Part shown: one piece after another, positions 27,134 through 35,955 of the stretch
Layout: the number at the start of each line of letters is the position of its first letter
Position numbering within the stretch: the first letter of the stretch is position 1
Virus record (IMG/VR): IMGVR_UViG_3300016484_000559
Span: 1-38,291 of that record
Source: a virus
Lineage: Duplodnaviria > Caudoviricetes
Reading direction: 5' to 3' (one strand)
DNA length: 38,291 bases
Notes under the pieces: model-generated
Told to the model about the DNA's origin: nothing
The model's input: only the letters and a program-made list of their open reading frames with translations
Databases searched by the model: none
Made by a program: the position numbers and the translations under genes

Positions 27134-27154
27134 GTATCTTTTTGGAGTTTTTTT

Positions 27155-27559
27155 ATGAGCATTGGTGATCGCTTAAAAGCCGAGCGAGAGAGGCTTGCGC
27201 TGAATCAAACTGCGTTTGGCGAGTTGGGCGGGGTAAAAAAACTTGCCCAGATCAATTATGAAAACGGCAGCCGGTCACCTGATGCGCATTATCTGGAGGC
27301 GATAGCCAGTGCCGGTGCCGATGTGCTCTACATCATCACAGGTCAACGCCATGAGAATGTCGCCACCACCAGCTATGAGCTGGCATTTTTACGCAATTGC
27401 CGCGCGTTTAAGGATAACGAATCCAGAAAGATGGCGCTGAGCGCGCTGGTGGCAATGTCCGGCTACAAGCCGGACTCAAACAAGGACTCTTATCCGGCGG
27501 CGAATGACCATGATGTGGTAATGGTGGCGGAGCCGGATGTGGACTACAAGGCAGAGTAG
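27155..27559 (+). CDS. XRE-family HTH prophage repressor
   Basis: IG.RL..ER.RL.L.Q..F...GGV...AQ.NYE.G.R.PDA.YL; divergent from ner. Confidence 0.92.
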   Translation: MSIGDRLKAERERLALNQTAFGELGGVKKLAQINYENGSRSPDAHYLEAIASAGADVLYIITGQRHENVATTSYELAFLRNCRAFKDNESRKMALSALVAMSGYKPDSNKDSYPAANDHDVVMVAEPDVDYKAE

Positions 27560-27561
27560 GA

Positions 27562-28083
27562 ATGAGGCGATTATTAGTTACATTAAGTCTTGTTGCACTA
27601 GCAGCCTGTGATAGCGCAGCAGAAAAGAAAACTCTGGGCATTCAATTTGAAGATTTTGCCAACAATCTTAATGCCAAGAACTCCGAGTTTGTCATTGCCC
27701 AGGAGCTTGAGTTCAAGACTACAGATGGTAGCGACGATCTCAAACTGCAGTATATGTTTAATGACACCACTGCACTCAAGGCATCCATCAATAAATCAGA
27801 TCATAAAATTCAAGAAATACTGATCGTGAAAGCTATTGGTGGCGACAGCAGTCTTGATAAGGCTAAGTCAATAATCGACGCACCAACACTTGCGTCGATA
27901 TCTATGCAGGCGTTGAATCCAGGCATAGAAAAATCAACGATTGGCCCTATGGTATTGGAGATGTTTGAAAAGGCTGCCAAGCATAACAACATCGATTACA
28001 GCCACACTTTAAACAGCAATAAATACAGCGTGAAGTTTGATAGTGAGTATCAATCTTATATTTTTTCGGTCACGCCATTATGA
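27562..28083 (+). CDS. Lipoprotein of unknown function
   Basis: MRR + hydrophobic stretch + LAAC lipobox. Confidence 0.8.
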   Translation: MRRLLVTLSLVALAACDSAAEKKTLGIQFEDFANNLNAKNSEFVIAQELEFKTTDGSDDLKLQYMFNDTTALKASINKSDHKIQEILIVKAIGGDSSLDKAKSIIDAPTLASISMQALNPGIEKSTIGPMVLEMFEKAAKHNNIDYSHTLNSNKYSVKFDSEYQSYIFSVTPL

Positions 28084-28340
28084 CAGCAACTCAAGACATC
28101 AATGGCATGATCCGCTACTTTAACCTTCAGGATTGGTGGTTATCTGAATTCAACGATGCCGAAAGGCAACGACTGATTGAAACTTATGGTGACAGGCTGA
28201 TCAAAGGGAATGTGTCAGCCTCCAGCCAGACCATGGAAGGATTTCTGAAAGCACTGGCTAGCTTTTGGAAGCCAAGTGACGAAGATAAATACATATCAAA
28301 GAAAATTATTGATAAATCCAATAAAATTAAAAAGGATTAG
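28080..28340 (+). CDS. Hypothetical protein
   Basis: 86 aa, ATGA-coupled to the lipoprotein gene. Confidence 0.7.
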   Translation: MTATQDINGMIRYFNLQDWWLSEFNDAERQRLIETYGDRLIKGNVSASSQTMEGFLKALASFWKPSDEDKYISKKIIDKSNKIKKD

Positions 28341-28342
28341 GT

Positions 28343-29344
28343 TTGGATACTCAACAAGAACTAATAATAAGCAATGAGCGGGATGCCTTTAACGCGATTC
28401 GGAGTGCGTTAAAAGATGAAATATCTGAAGACGTAAAAATCAGTTTTGATAACTGGCCTAAAATTACCATCGAGTTAGAGGGAGATGGTTACGAGAGCAC
28501 TCTAACCCCTTCGGTCATGGCTGCACTTGTCGATTTGCAACATGGGCTTAACAGAACCTATGCTAAAATTGTTCTGGATCGCAATGCCAGATTTCTCAAC
28601 GACATTGAAAGACAGCAATTAGAATTTAAAGCCAAAGTTGAAGATGGCTGTACGCTAATAACGGTAGACTTAAAAGACTATGCCAAAAATATTATTGAGA
28701 AGCTTAGCGACAAAATGACAGGTAAAGAATTAACTATCGTTGCTGTCACCGCGATTACTGCTTGGGCATCTGTTACCGTTTTAAAGGCTAATATAGAATC
28801 AAAAGCAGCTGGAAAATCAGTTGAGCAAGATACTATAAAAACCGTAAAATTGTCAGAAGAAGAAACAAAGCGAATGCAGATATTTGCAGATGCTATGACT
28901 TACAACAGTGCATTACGGACCGTTCACAAAGACGCTCAAGAAACAAACCTTTCATTATTGAAAGGCGTTTCAGACGCAGATAGCATTGAAATCAATGGTA
29001 TTGCAATAAGTAAATCTGACGCCATTAAAATTTCAAAAAACATCAGATCTGAATCAAAAGCGATTCAATTAAATGGCAATTATCATGTACTAACAGTAGA
29101 CACTAGCTTGCCAGATGAGGTGAAAATTAGGTTGTTACATTTAGACTCTCATAGAGAGTTTTCTGCTAAATTTAAAGATGATTCTTTAGATAAATCCCAG
29201 ATTGCAATTCTTCAAAAAGCAGAGTGGTCAAGAAACCCTAAAGAAAAGGTTTATTTAAGTATAAATGCGACTGAATTAAGGGGTGAGATAACCACAGCGA
29301 CTATTGTTTCAGTAAAAGAACAGCCCCCACAAAAGAATCCGTAA
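28343..29344 (+). CDS. AT-rich moron protein of unknown function
   Basis: 333 aa ORF, TTG start with AGGA RBS, one hydrophobic segment. Confidence 0.8.
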   Translation: MDTQQELIISNERDAFNAIRSALKDEISEDVKISFDNWPKITIELEGDGYESTLTPSVMAALVDLQHGLNRTYAKIVLDRNARFLNDIERQQLEFKAKVEDGCTLITVDLKDYAKNIIEKLSDKMTGKELTIVAVTAITAWASVTVLKANIESKAAGKSVEQDTIKTVKLSEEETKRMQIFADAMTYNSALRTVHKDAQETNLSLLKGVSDADSIEINGIAISKSDAIKISKNIRSESKAIQLNGNYHVLTVDTSLPDEVKIRLLHLDSHREFSAKFKDDSLDKSQIAILQKAEWSRNPKEKVYLSINATELRGEITTATIVSVKEQPPQKNP

Positions 29345-29365
29345 AAGGCAGTCAATCTAGGATTA

Positions 29366-29413
29366 GCTGGAAACGTTTCACACCTAACCCATCCCCCCAC
29401 GCGCGCGTAAGCT
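29366..29413 (+). promoter_or_regulatory. Putative late promoter Plys
   Basis: GAAACGTTTC (29370-29379)-28 nt (ending CGCGCGCG)-TAAGCT. Confidence 0.78.
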
Positions 29414-29449
29414 CTCAACATCATCATTCTGATTTTGTTGGAGCTTGTT

Positions 29450-29788
29450 ATGAAAACGCCGCGCTTGTTTTACCTCTTTCTTTTCAATCTTGCCCTGATC
29501 GGCATTATATTTGCCATTGCGCCGCAGCAGGCACCGGTGACGCTGTATAAGCTATCGCTGGTGACTACAGCTGGCCTTGTTGGCTACTGGCTGGATCGTG
29601 CTTTATTCCCTTATGCCAGGCCCGATGAGTTTATCGAGCGACGTGAATTTAAAAGACCGCACGACCCAAAGGTCTGTTTTGTAAAAACCGTTATCCTTCC
29701 CGATTTAACCTGGGCTTTTTCTTTATCCATGATTCGCCGTGCCATCATCATCGGCTGCGCCATGCTGGCAATGGGTTTGGGGGCTTAG
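29450..29788 (+). CDS. Putative holin (2/3-TM family)
   Basis: PQQ.PV.LYKLSLV...GYWLDRALFPYARP...RRAII. Confidence 0.88.
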   Translation: MKTPRLFYLFLFNLALIGIIFAIAPQQAPVTLYKLSLVTTAGLVGYWLDRALFPYARPDEFIERREFKRPHDPKVCFVKTVILPDLTWAFSLSMIRRAIIIGCAMLAMGLGA

Positions 29789-29789
29789 T

Positions 29790-30449
29790 ATGTGGTCCAA
29801 TCAACATACACGCGGGTTTGTGCTGTTCTGGCTGTTTGTGATCGTTGTGCTGGCCGGTGCTGCGCTGGTTGGTGCGGCACATGCTGCGGATAACACCAGC
29901 AGCATACCCCGCGCAGCACTCAAGCACCGTGCCGAGCTGACGCGCGTTGCCCATGCCACCTGGGGGCTGAATGCGCCCATTCCGGTATTTGCCGCACAGA
30001 TTCAACAAGAAAGCGGCTGGAATGCAGCCGCGTTGAGCCACGTTGGTGCGCAGGGCATGGCGCAGTTTATGCCTGCTACAGCTACATGGTGGTGCGGACT
30101 GAATGGTTTAACGCCAGCCCAATGCCAGCCCAACAACCCGCAATGGGCGCTTCGGGCGCTGGTGGGTTATGACAAGTGGCTGCATGACCGCGTGTGGGGG
30201 GAGAGTGAATATGACCGCATGCATGCCGCCCTGCGTGCCTACAACGGCGGGTTGGGTCACTGGCAGGCCGAGGCCAAGGTTGCGGCAAGTCGCAAGCGCG
30301 ACCTGATTGAGGCCGCCTGCGGCAAGGCGCGCCGCCATGTGTACCACTGCCGTGAAAACCTGAATTACCCACGCCGTATTTTAGCCATTTACCAGCCGCG
30401 TTACTTTGGCTGGGGTCGCGCTGTGATGATGTCAGGCGGTGCCGTATGA
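29790..30449 (+). CDS. SLT-family lytic transglycosylase endolysin with N-terminal TM
   Basis: AQI.QES.W, S.VGA.G.AQFMP.T, AYNGG.G, EN..YP.RI. Confidence 0.92.
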   Translation: MWSNQHTRGFVLFWLFVIVVLAGAALVGAAHAADNTSSIPRAALKHRAELTRVAHATWGLNAPIPVFAAQIQQESGWNAAALSHVGAQGMAQFMPATATWWCGLNGLTPAQCQPNNPQWALRALVGYDKWLHDRVWGESEYDRMHAALRAYNGGLGHWQAEAKVAASRKRDLIEAACGKARRHVYHCRENLNYPRRILAIYQPRYFGWGRAVMMSGGAV

Positions 30450-31006
30450 CACGCTATCTTTACATCGGGCTTGCTTTGATTTTGGCAAGCATGGCAGCGA
30501 CTTATAAAGTCACCAGCAATTATTACCAGGGCGAGATCACCAAGATCGAACTGACGCAAACACAGGCGCAACTTCAAGCAGAACGCGATAGTACAGACCG
30601 CCTGCGTGCCGCGCAAAGCCTTGCGGATGTGCTATCCGGCAGCCTTGCCAACAGCGAGGCCGCTATCAACAAACTCACCCTGGAGAAAACCCGTGAAATT
30701 CATCATTACGCGACTGGCAATATTTGCCTTAATGCTGACCTTGTTCGGCTGCTCAACACCCCAAGCCTCGATCAGGCTGGCACCATGCCCGCAGCCACCG
30801 GCACACCTGCTGCAGAAAATGCCGCCGAAGCTGCCGCCGCTACAGCACCAGCCCATGAAATACCAGCAGAAGCCCTCACCGACACCGACGTCGCCGAGTG
30901 GATCGCAAATGCCCAGGGCGAATACGCCACCTGCAGCAGCAGGCTGAGCGCGCTGATCGACTTTAACAACAAGTTTAACAACAAGAAAAGTGATGACAAA
31001 AAATGA
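30446..31006 (+). CDS. i-spanin (Rz-like)
   Basis: N-terminal TM, coiled coil, follows endolysin. Confidence 0.8.
   Translation: MTRYLYIGLALILASMAATYKVTSNYYQGEITKIELTQTQAQLQAERDSTDRLRAAQSLADVLSGSLANSEAAINKLTLEKTREIHHYATGNICLNADLVRLLNTPSLDQAGTMPAATGTPAAENAAEAAAATAPAHEIPAEALTDTDVAEWIANAQGEYATCSSRLSALIDFNNKFNNKKSDDKK
30693..30947 (+). CDS. Embedded o-spanin lipoprotein (Rz1-like)
   Basis: GGAG RBS, GTG start, MKFIITRLAIFALMLTLFGC lipobox, Pro-rich, +1 frame inside Rz. Confidence 0.78.
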   Translation: MKFIITRLAIFALMLTLFGCSTPQASIRLAPCPQPPAHLLQKMPPKLPPLQHQPMKYQQKPSPTPTSPSGSQMPRANTPPAAAG

Positions 31007-31341
31007 GCGATAACCCAAAAAACACCGGCGATATGGCCGCAGTAGCCCACAGTATCGGCCAGCTATCAGGCGAAATCAAGGTGATGCACCAGAGCACGAT
31101 GGATGCGATTAACGTAATCCGTCAGGATTTGCGCCGCATGGAAGACAGCACCAAAGAGAGCATGCAGCACCTTGAGAACCGCCTCAATGACAAAATCGGC
31201 GGCGTGGTGAAGCGCGTGGAAACATTGGAAAAAGAAGAAAAAGACACCATTGCCACCAAAGCCAAGCATGGCGTATTTGCCGGTGGTGCCGGTGCGGCCT
31301 TGACCTATGGCTTTATTGAAATCATCAAGAGAATACACTGA
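31003..31341 (+). CDS. Coiled-coil protein with C-terminal hydrophobic segment
   Basis: 112 aa; typical position between lysis and terminase genes. Confidence 0.7.
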   Translation: MSDNPKNTGDMAAVAHSIGQLSGEIKVMHQSTMDAINVIRQDLRRMEDSTKESMQHLENRLNDKIGGVVKRVETLEKEEKDTIATKAKHGVFAGGAGAALTYGFIEIIKRIH

Positions 31342-31835
31342 TGGCGCATAGTCAACAGACCAAGGACAACGTGCGCCGCCTGTACATTGAGGGTATGCCG
31401 CTCAATGGCGCGGCCATTGCCAGCGGCGTGAGTTATGACACGGCGCGCGAATGGAAACGCAGCGCCAAGCAGAACGGCGATGACTGGGATACTGCACGCT
31501 CGGCCTACCAGATCAGCGAGCAAGGCGTGGATGACCTGATGAAGACGTTCGTGGAGCAGATGATGCGCCAGGCGGTGACCACCATGCGCGAAATTGAATC
31601 CGGCAGTTTGTCTGCGGTAGAAAAAGTAGCGCTGCAGGCGCAACTGAGCGATGCCATGAGCAAGCACAGCAAGGCCATGAGCCGCATCAACCCGAAGCTG
31701 GGTGCGCTTTCCGTCTCGCTCGATACGTTAAAAACCATTGCCGAATACCTGAGCAAGCACGATAAAAACGCGCTGGTCGTGTTCCAGGAACATCTGGAAG
31801 GCATCGGCGCGACTTTGCAATCAAGGTATGGCTGA
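31341..31835 (+). CDS. DUF1804 family, putative small terminase
   Basis: MAHS...VR.LY...AA...GVS..TAR.WK..A...GDDWD.AR. Confidence 0.88.
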   Translation: MAHSQQTKDNVRRLYIEGMPLNGAAIASGVSYDTAREWKRSAKQNGDDWDTARSAYQISEQGVDDLMKTFVEQMMRQAVTTMREIESGSLSAVEKVALQAQLSDAMSKHSKAMSRINPKLGALSVSLDTLKTIAEYLSKHDKNALVVFQEHLEGIGATLQSRYG

Positions 31836-31837
31836 TC

Positions 31838-33577
31838 ATGGCTGACAAGCACGACGATATTGATGATTTAGACATCAAGCCGATCAAGAACTGGCGCGAG
31901 TTTGAAAAAGAGCTGGCGCAGCTCGGTGAAGACCTGCGCGCGACGATTGAACTGGAGTGCGAAGCCTTTGCCGTGGATGCGGCATCGAGCAAGGAACGCC
32001 GTGAGTGCGCGATTTTTGATTATCAGTTTTTCTGCCAGACTTACTTTCCGCACTACGTGCCGACCCCGCACTTTAGCTTGTTTCAGCAGTTCATTTTCAA
32101 GCGGCTGCCTGCCTGTATTGATGGCGCAGCCGATGCGCGCGAGGTGCACAAGGCACCGCGCGGCGAGGCGAAATCTACCTACGAGACGCAGCTTGGTACC
32201 TTATGGTCTGTGTGCCGCTCCAACTATATTGCCGAGCTGATCCGCACCGGCAAGCTGCCGAAAAAAGCGCGTAAGTACATGATCGTCATCATCATGAACA
32301 CCGAAGAGCAGGCAGCGGAAATGCTGGAGAGCATCAAGGCCGAGCTGGACACCAACCCGCGCCTGGCGATGGACTTTCCGGAAGCAGCCGGGCAAGGCCG
32401 TGTATGGCAGGCCACCACGGCGATTACGGCTAACAATATCAAAATCCGCATTGGCGGTACCGGTAAAAAGCTGCGCGGCATGAAACATGGCCCGCACCGT
32501 CCTGACCAGATTCACATTGACGATGCCGAGAATGACGACAACGTAAAATCACCCGATCAGCGTAAAAAGACACAGGACTTTGTGCTGAAGGCAGTGCTTG
32601 GCTTGGCTGGCCCGGCAGGCGGCATGGATGTGTTCATGGTGGGCACCGAGCTGCACCATGATGCGGCGATCAACCGCATCGGCAATGCGCCGGGCTGGAA
32701 GATGCGCTCGTTCAAATCGATTGTGCGCTGGCCTGACAATATGCAGCTGTGGGATACCTGGGAGGCGATCTATAGCCGCCCCGGCAATGCGGAAGAAAAG
32801 GAAGAGGCTGAGGCCGAAGCGCTGGAATTTTACGAGGCGCACAAGGCCGAGATGGAGGCCGGTGCCATTGTGAGCTGGCCGGAGGTGCGGCCATTGTACC
32901 GCCTGATGTGCATGCGCGCGATTAACCACGAAGCCTTTAACCATGAGCAGCAGAACGAGGCTGGCAACGATGAAAACGCGCCATTCCAGAATATTCAGTT
33001 CTGGGTGAATAAGCTCTCGAAATGGCTGTTTTTTGGCGCGATTGACCCTTCCATGGGCAAGCAGAGCAAGAAGCGTGACCCGTCTGCGATTCTGGTGGGT
33101 GGCTACAACATTGAGACCATGACGCTGGACGTGGTGGAGGCAGACATTCAGCGCCGTGTACCTGACCTGATTATTGAGCACGCGATTGAATACCAGAAGC
33201 AGTACAACTGCATGATGTGGGCGGTGGAGACCGTGGCGTTTCAGGAGTTCATGTACACGGAGCTGCTGAAACGCGCCCTGCGTGAGCGCGTGTTTTTCCC
33301 CACGGCACCCGATGGCGGCGTGGAGAAAAGCCGCATTAAAGAGCTGGCGATTCTGTCGCTGCAGCCGCTCATCAATCGCGGGCAAATCCGGCTGCACCAC
33401 AACCAGCACACACTGCATGAGCAGCTGAAGTTTTACCCGGAGGCCGACCATGACGACGGCCCCGATGCGCTTGAAATGCTGTGGAAGATTGCCAACAGCT
33501 ACTCGCAGGCTTTTGAATATGTGTCCGCCGCGAGCAACCGCAGGAATAGCAATAATAATGATGATTGGGATGACTAA
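31838..33577 (+). CDS. terL: Terminase large subunit
   Basis: APRG.AKST, RG......RPD....DD.E, IDPS, HDDGPDA. Confidence 0.94.
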   Translation: MADKHDDIDDLDIKPIKNWREFEKELAQLGEDLRATIELECEAFAVDAASSKERRECAIFDYQFFCQTYFPHYVPTPHFSLFQQFIFKRLPACIDGAADAREVHKAPRGEAKSTYETQLGTLWSVCRSNYIAELIRTGKLPKKARKYMIVIIMNTEEQAAEMLESIKAELDTNPRLAMDFPEAAGQGRVWQATTAITANNIKIRIGGTGKKLRGMKHGPHRPDQIHIDDAENDDNVKSPDQRKKTQDFVLKAVLGLAGPAGGMDVFMVGTELHHDAAINRIGNAPGWKMRSFKSIVRWPDNMQLWDTWEAIYSRPGNAEEKEEAEAEALEFYEAHKAEMEAGAIVSWPEVRPLYRLMCMRAINHEAFNHEQQNEAGNDENAPFQNIQFWVNKLSKWLFFGAIDPSMGKQSKKRDPSAILVGGYNIETMTLDVVEADIQRRVPDLIIEHAIEYQKQYNCMMWAVETVAFQEFMYTELLKRALRERVFFPTAPDGGVEKSRIKELAILSLQPLINRGQIRLHHNQHTLHEQLKFYPEADHDDGPDALEMLWKIANSYSQAFEYVSAASNRRNSNNNDDWDD

Positions 33578-35209
33578 ATGAGCAGGAAACACAAACGCGC
33601 CGCACTGGCAAAGCAGACCAAGCAAACACCGGATACCGGCATACAGGCCGGGCCACGCAGCACCAACGCGATTGAGCTGAATTACCGCTCGGTCAACACC
33701 TTAGACCCAAGCCGCCTGGCAAATGCATTCACGCTGGCTGATCAGGGCATGATTACGCACCAGGCTGCGCTGTTTGAGCTGGTGGAGGAGCAAGACGCGC
33801 ATATTTTCAGCGAGCTGGGCAAGCGCCGCCGTGCGATTACCGGCCTTGGCTGGACGCTGCAGCCGCCCAAGGATGCCTCGCAAGCTGAAATTGACCGCAC
33901 TGTGGAGCTGGAAGACATGCTACGCAGCATTCCACGCATTGAAGACGCGCAGTATGACATTTCCGATGCCGTGGGCAATGGCTTTGCGGCGCTTGAGTAT
34001 AACTGGCAGCGCGGTGATGTGTGGCTGCCCAAGGATATTTACTTTGTGCCGCAGCGTCACTTTCAGATTGAGCGCACCACCGGCGAAATCAAGTATTTGT
34101 CTAACGGCATTCCTGAGCAGCTGCGCCCGTATGGCTGGATTGTGCACGAGCACCGCGCTAAATCAGGTTATATCGAGCAGGCCGCCTTGTTCCGCGTGCT
34201 GGCGTGGACGTATGCCTACAAAGCCTACGATGTGCGTGATATGCAGCGCTTTCTGGAAGTGTACGGCCAGCCGTTGCGTCTGGGTAAATACCCGGCCGGT
34301 ATCGCAAAGGCGCAGCGTGATGAGTTGCTGAAGGCCGTGCGCAACATTGGCAACGATGGTGCCGGTGTGGTGCCCAGCAACATGCAGATTGATTTTTTGC
34401 AAGCCACGGCGCGCGGCAACGTGACCGACTTTTTAAGCGCGATTGAGTACTGGGAAAACAAGCAATCGAAGGCGATTCTGGGTGGCGAGCTGGACGGCAA
34501 GACCACTACCGAGGCGCGCATCATGATTTATGACAAGGTGCGCCGCGAGATTCTGCTGCATGATGTGCGTCAGATTGAGCCGACGCTGAATGCGCAGCTG
34601 GTGAGGCCGATTTGCGTGTTCAACGGCATGTTTGCCGATGTCCGTATGCCGAAGTGGGTCTACCAGACCGAAGAGACCGTGGATCAGCAGAAAATGGTGG
34701 GCGTGCTGGAAAAAGCGAGCAGCCTTGGCATGGAAATTGACGTTGAATATGCTCACAAGATACTACAGATTCCGCGTGCGGCGGATGATGCGAAACTGCT
34801 GGGTAAGGCACAGCCTGCAGCGGGCAAAGACGCCGGTGGCAAGCCTGAGTCTGACGATGATGAAAAAAATGACAAGCCCGGCAAGGCCAACAATAAAGAA
34901 GATGCGGCGTTGACAAGCAACATCTTGACCAGGCTCACCGCGCTTGCCAGCCAGAAAGCGGAAAACGCCGATATCACCGATGCCTATACTGCACAACTTG
35001 CCGCGCTGGGTGCCAAACATGAAGCGGAACTTGTGCAGAAAATAGCTGCTGTTGTAGCCGAGGCCGGTGATTTTGATGCAGCCATTGAAGGCATTGAAGC
35101 ACTGGCCGTGAGCTTTAAAGTACCGGCACTCGCCGAAGTGATTGCACTGGGCATGGCAGCAGCGCATTTGGCTGGTAGAGCGGATATTACAGTGAGTGAA
35201 AATGAATGA
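33578..35209 (+). CDS. Portal protein, Mu gp29 (DUF935)
   Basis: EE.DAHI.SEL.KR, F.E.YG.P.RLGKY, SKAILG. Confidence 0.94.
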   Translation: MSRKHKRAALAKQTKQTPDTGIQAGPRSTNAIELNYRSVNTLDPSRLANAFTLADQGMITHQAALFELVEEQDAHIFSELGKRRRAITGLGWTLQPPKDASQAEIDRTVELEDMLRSIPRIEDAQYDISDAVGNGFAALEYNWQRGDVWLPKDIYFVPQRHFQIERTTGEIKYLSNGIPEQLRPYGWIVHEHRAKSGYIEQAALFRVLAWTYAYKAYDVRDMQRFLEVYGQPLRLGKYPAGIAKAQRDELLKAVRNIGNDGAGVVPSNMQIDFLQATARGNVTDFLSAIEYWENKQSKAILGGELDGKTTTEARIMIYDKVRREILLHDVRQIEPTLNAQLVRPICVFNGMFADVRMPKWVYQTEETVDQQKMVGVLEKASSLGMEIDVEYAHKILQIPRAADDAKLLGKAQPAAGKDAGGKPESDDDEKNDKPGKANNKEDAALTSNILTRLTALASQKAENADITDAYTAQLAALGAKHEAELVQKIAAVVAEAGDFDAAIEGIEALAVSFKVPALAEVIALGMAAAHLAGRADITVSENE

Positions 35210-35945
35210 GCTGGCTCTTTTCGCGGGCGCTGGTGGAGGAATTCTCGCAGGTAAGCTGCTCGGATGGCGAACCGTGTGCGCCGTTGAGCGTAGTGCCTAC
35301 GCAGCACAAGTTTTGGCGCAACGACAAAACGATGGAATTCTCGAATCTTTCCCAATTTGGTCTGACGTGTGCAGTTTTGACGGCAGACCGTGGCGAGGCA
35401 TTGTTGACGTCATATCTGGCGGCTTTCCATGTCAAGACATTAGTGTTGCAGGCAAAGGCGCAGGTATCACAGGCGCTAGAAGCGGCCTATGGAAAGAATT
35501 CGCCAGAATTATTGGCGAGGTACGACCACGCTACGTATTCGTGGAAAACAGCCCAAGACTCAGAAAACTTGGCCTTGATGTCGTGATCGGTGACTTGGCA
35601 AAACTCGGGTATGACACGGAGTGGGATGTCATATCAGCGGAAGACCTTGGTGCAAACCATCAAAGAAAAAGAATGTGGATTGTGGCCTACACCAACAGCG
35701 AGCAGTTGCAGAGGGGCTGGTGTCAGCGGTCAATTGAGAGACCGGCTAGACTATGCAACGGAACGGGGGGGCACAAAATCAAATGTGTATCCGCCGCCGC
35801 CACAAGATGGTGGGCAGTTGAACCCGACGTGGGTAGAGTGGCTCATGGGGTGGCCAATCGGGTGGACAGAATTAGCGCCCTTGGCAATGGACAAGTTCCA
35901 ATCGTGGCTGCAACAGCATTTGAATCACTGTCGGAACTTTGGTAA
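35202..35945 (+). CDS. C5-cytosine DNA methyltransferase, alpha-like chain
   Basis: LFAGAGG (I), GGFPCQD (IV), ENS (VI), H.RKR (VIII), LGNGQ (X); no motif IX in this frame. Confidence 0.9.
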   Translation: MNELALFAGAGGGILAGKLLGWRTVCAVERSAYAAQVLAQRQNDGILESFPIWSDVCSFDGRPWRGIVDVISGGFPCQDISVAGKGAGITGARSGLWKEFARIIGEVRPRYVFVENSPRLRKLGLDVVIGDLAKLGYDTEWDVISAEDLGANHQRKRMWIVAYTNSEQLQRGWCQRSIERPARLCNGTGGHKIKCVSAAATRWWAVEPDVGRVAHGVANRVDRISALGNGQVPIVAATAFESLSELW

Positions 35946-35955
35946 TGGCAACTAA
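35590..35955 (+). CDS. Overprinted putative MTase beta chain (motif IX)
   Basis: WPTP.AS and LNPTWVEWLMGWPIGWT in the +1 frame; start uncertain. Confidence 0.65.
   Translation: MTWQNSGMTRSGMSYQRKTLVQTIKEKECGLWPTPTASSCRGAGVSGQLRDRLDYATERGGTKSNVYPPPPQDGGQLNPTWVEWLMGWPIGWTELAPLAMDKFQSWLQQHLNHCRNFGNGN

Noticed and set aside
32549-33625. 358-aa minus-strand ORF
   Set aside because: Antisense shadow of terL; likewise most other ORFs opposite core genes.
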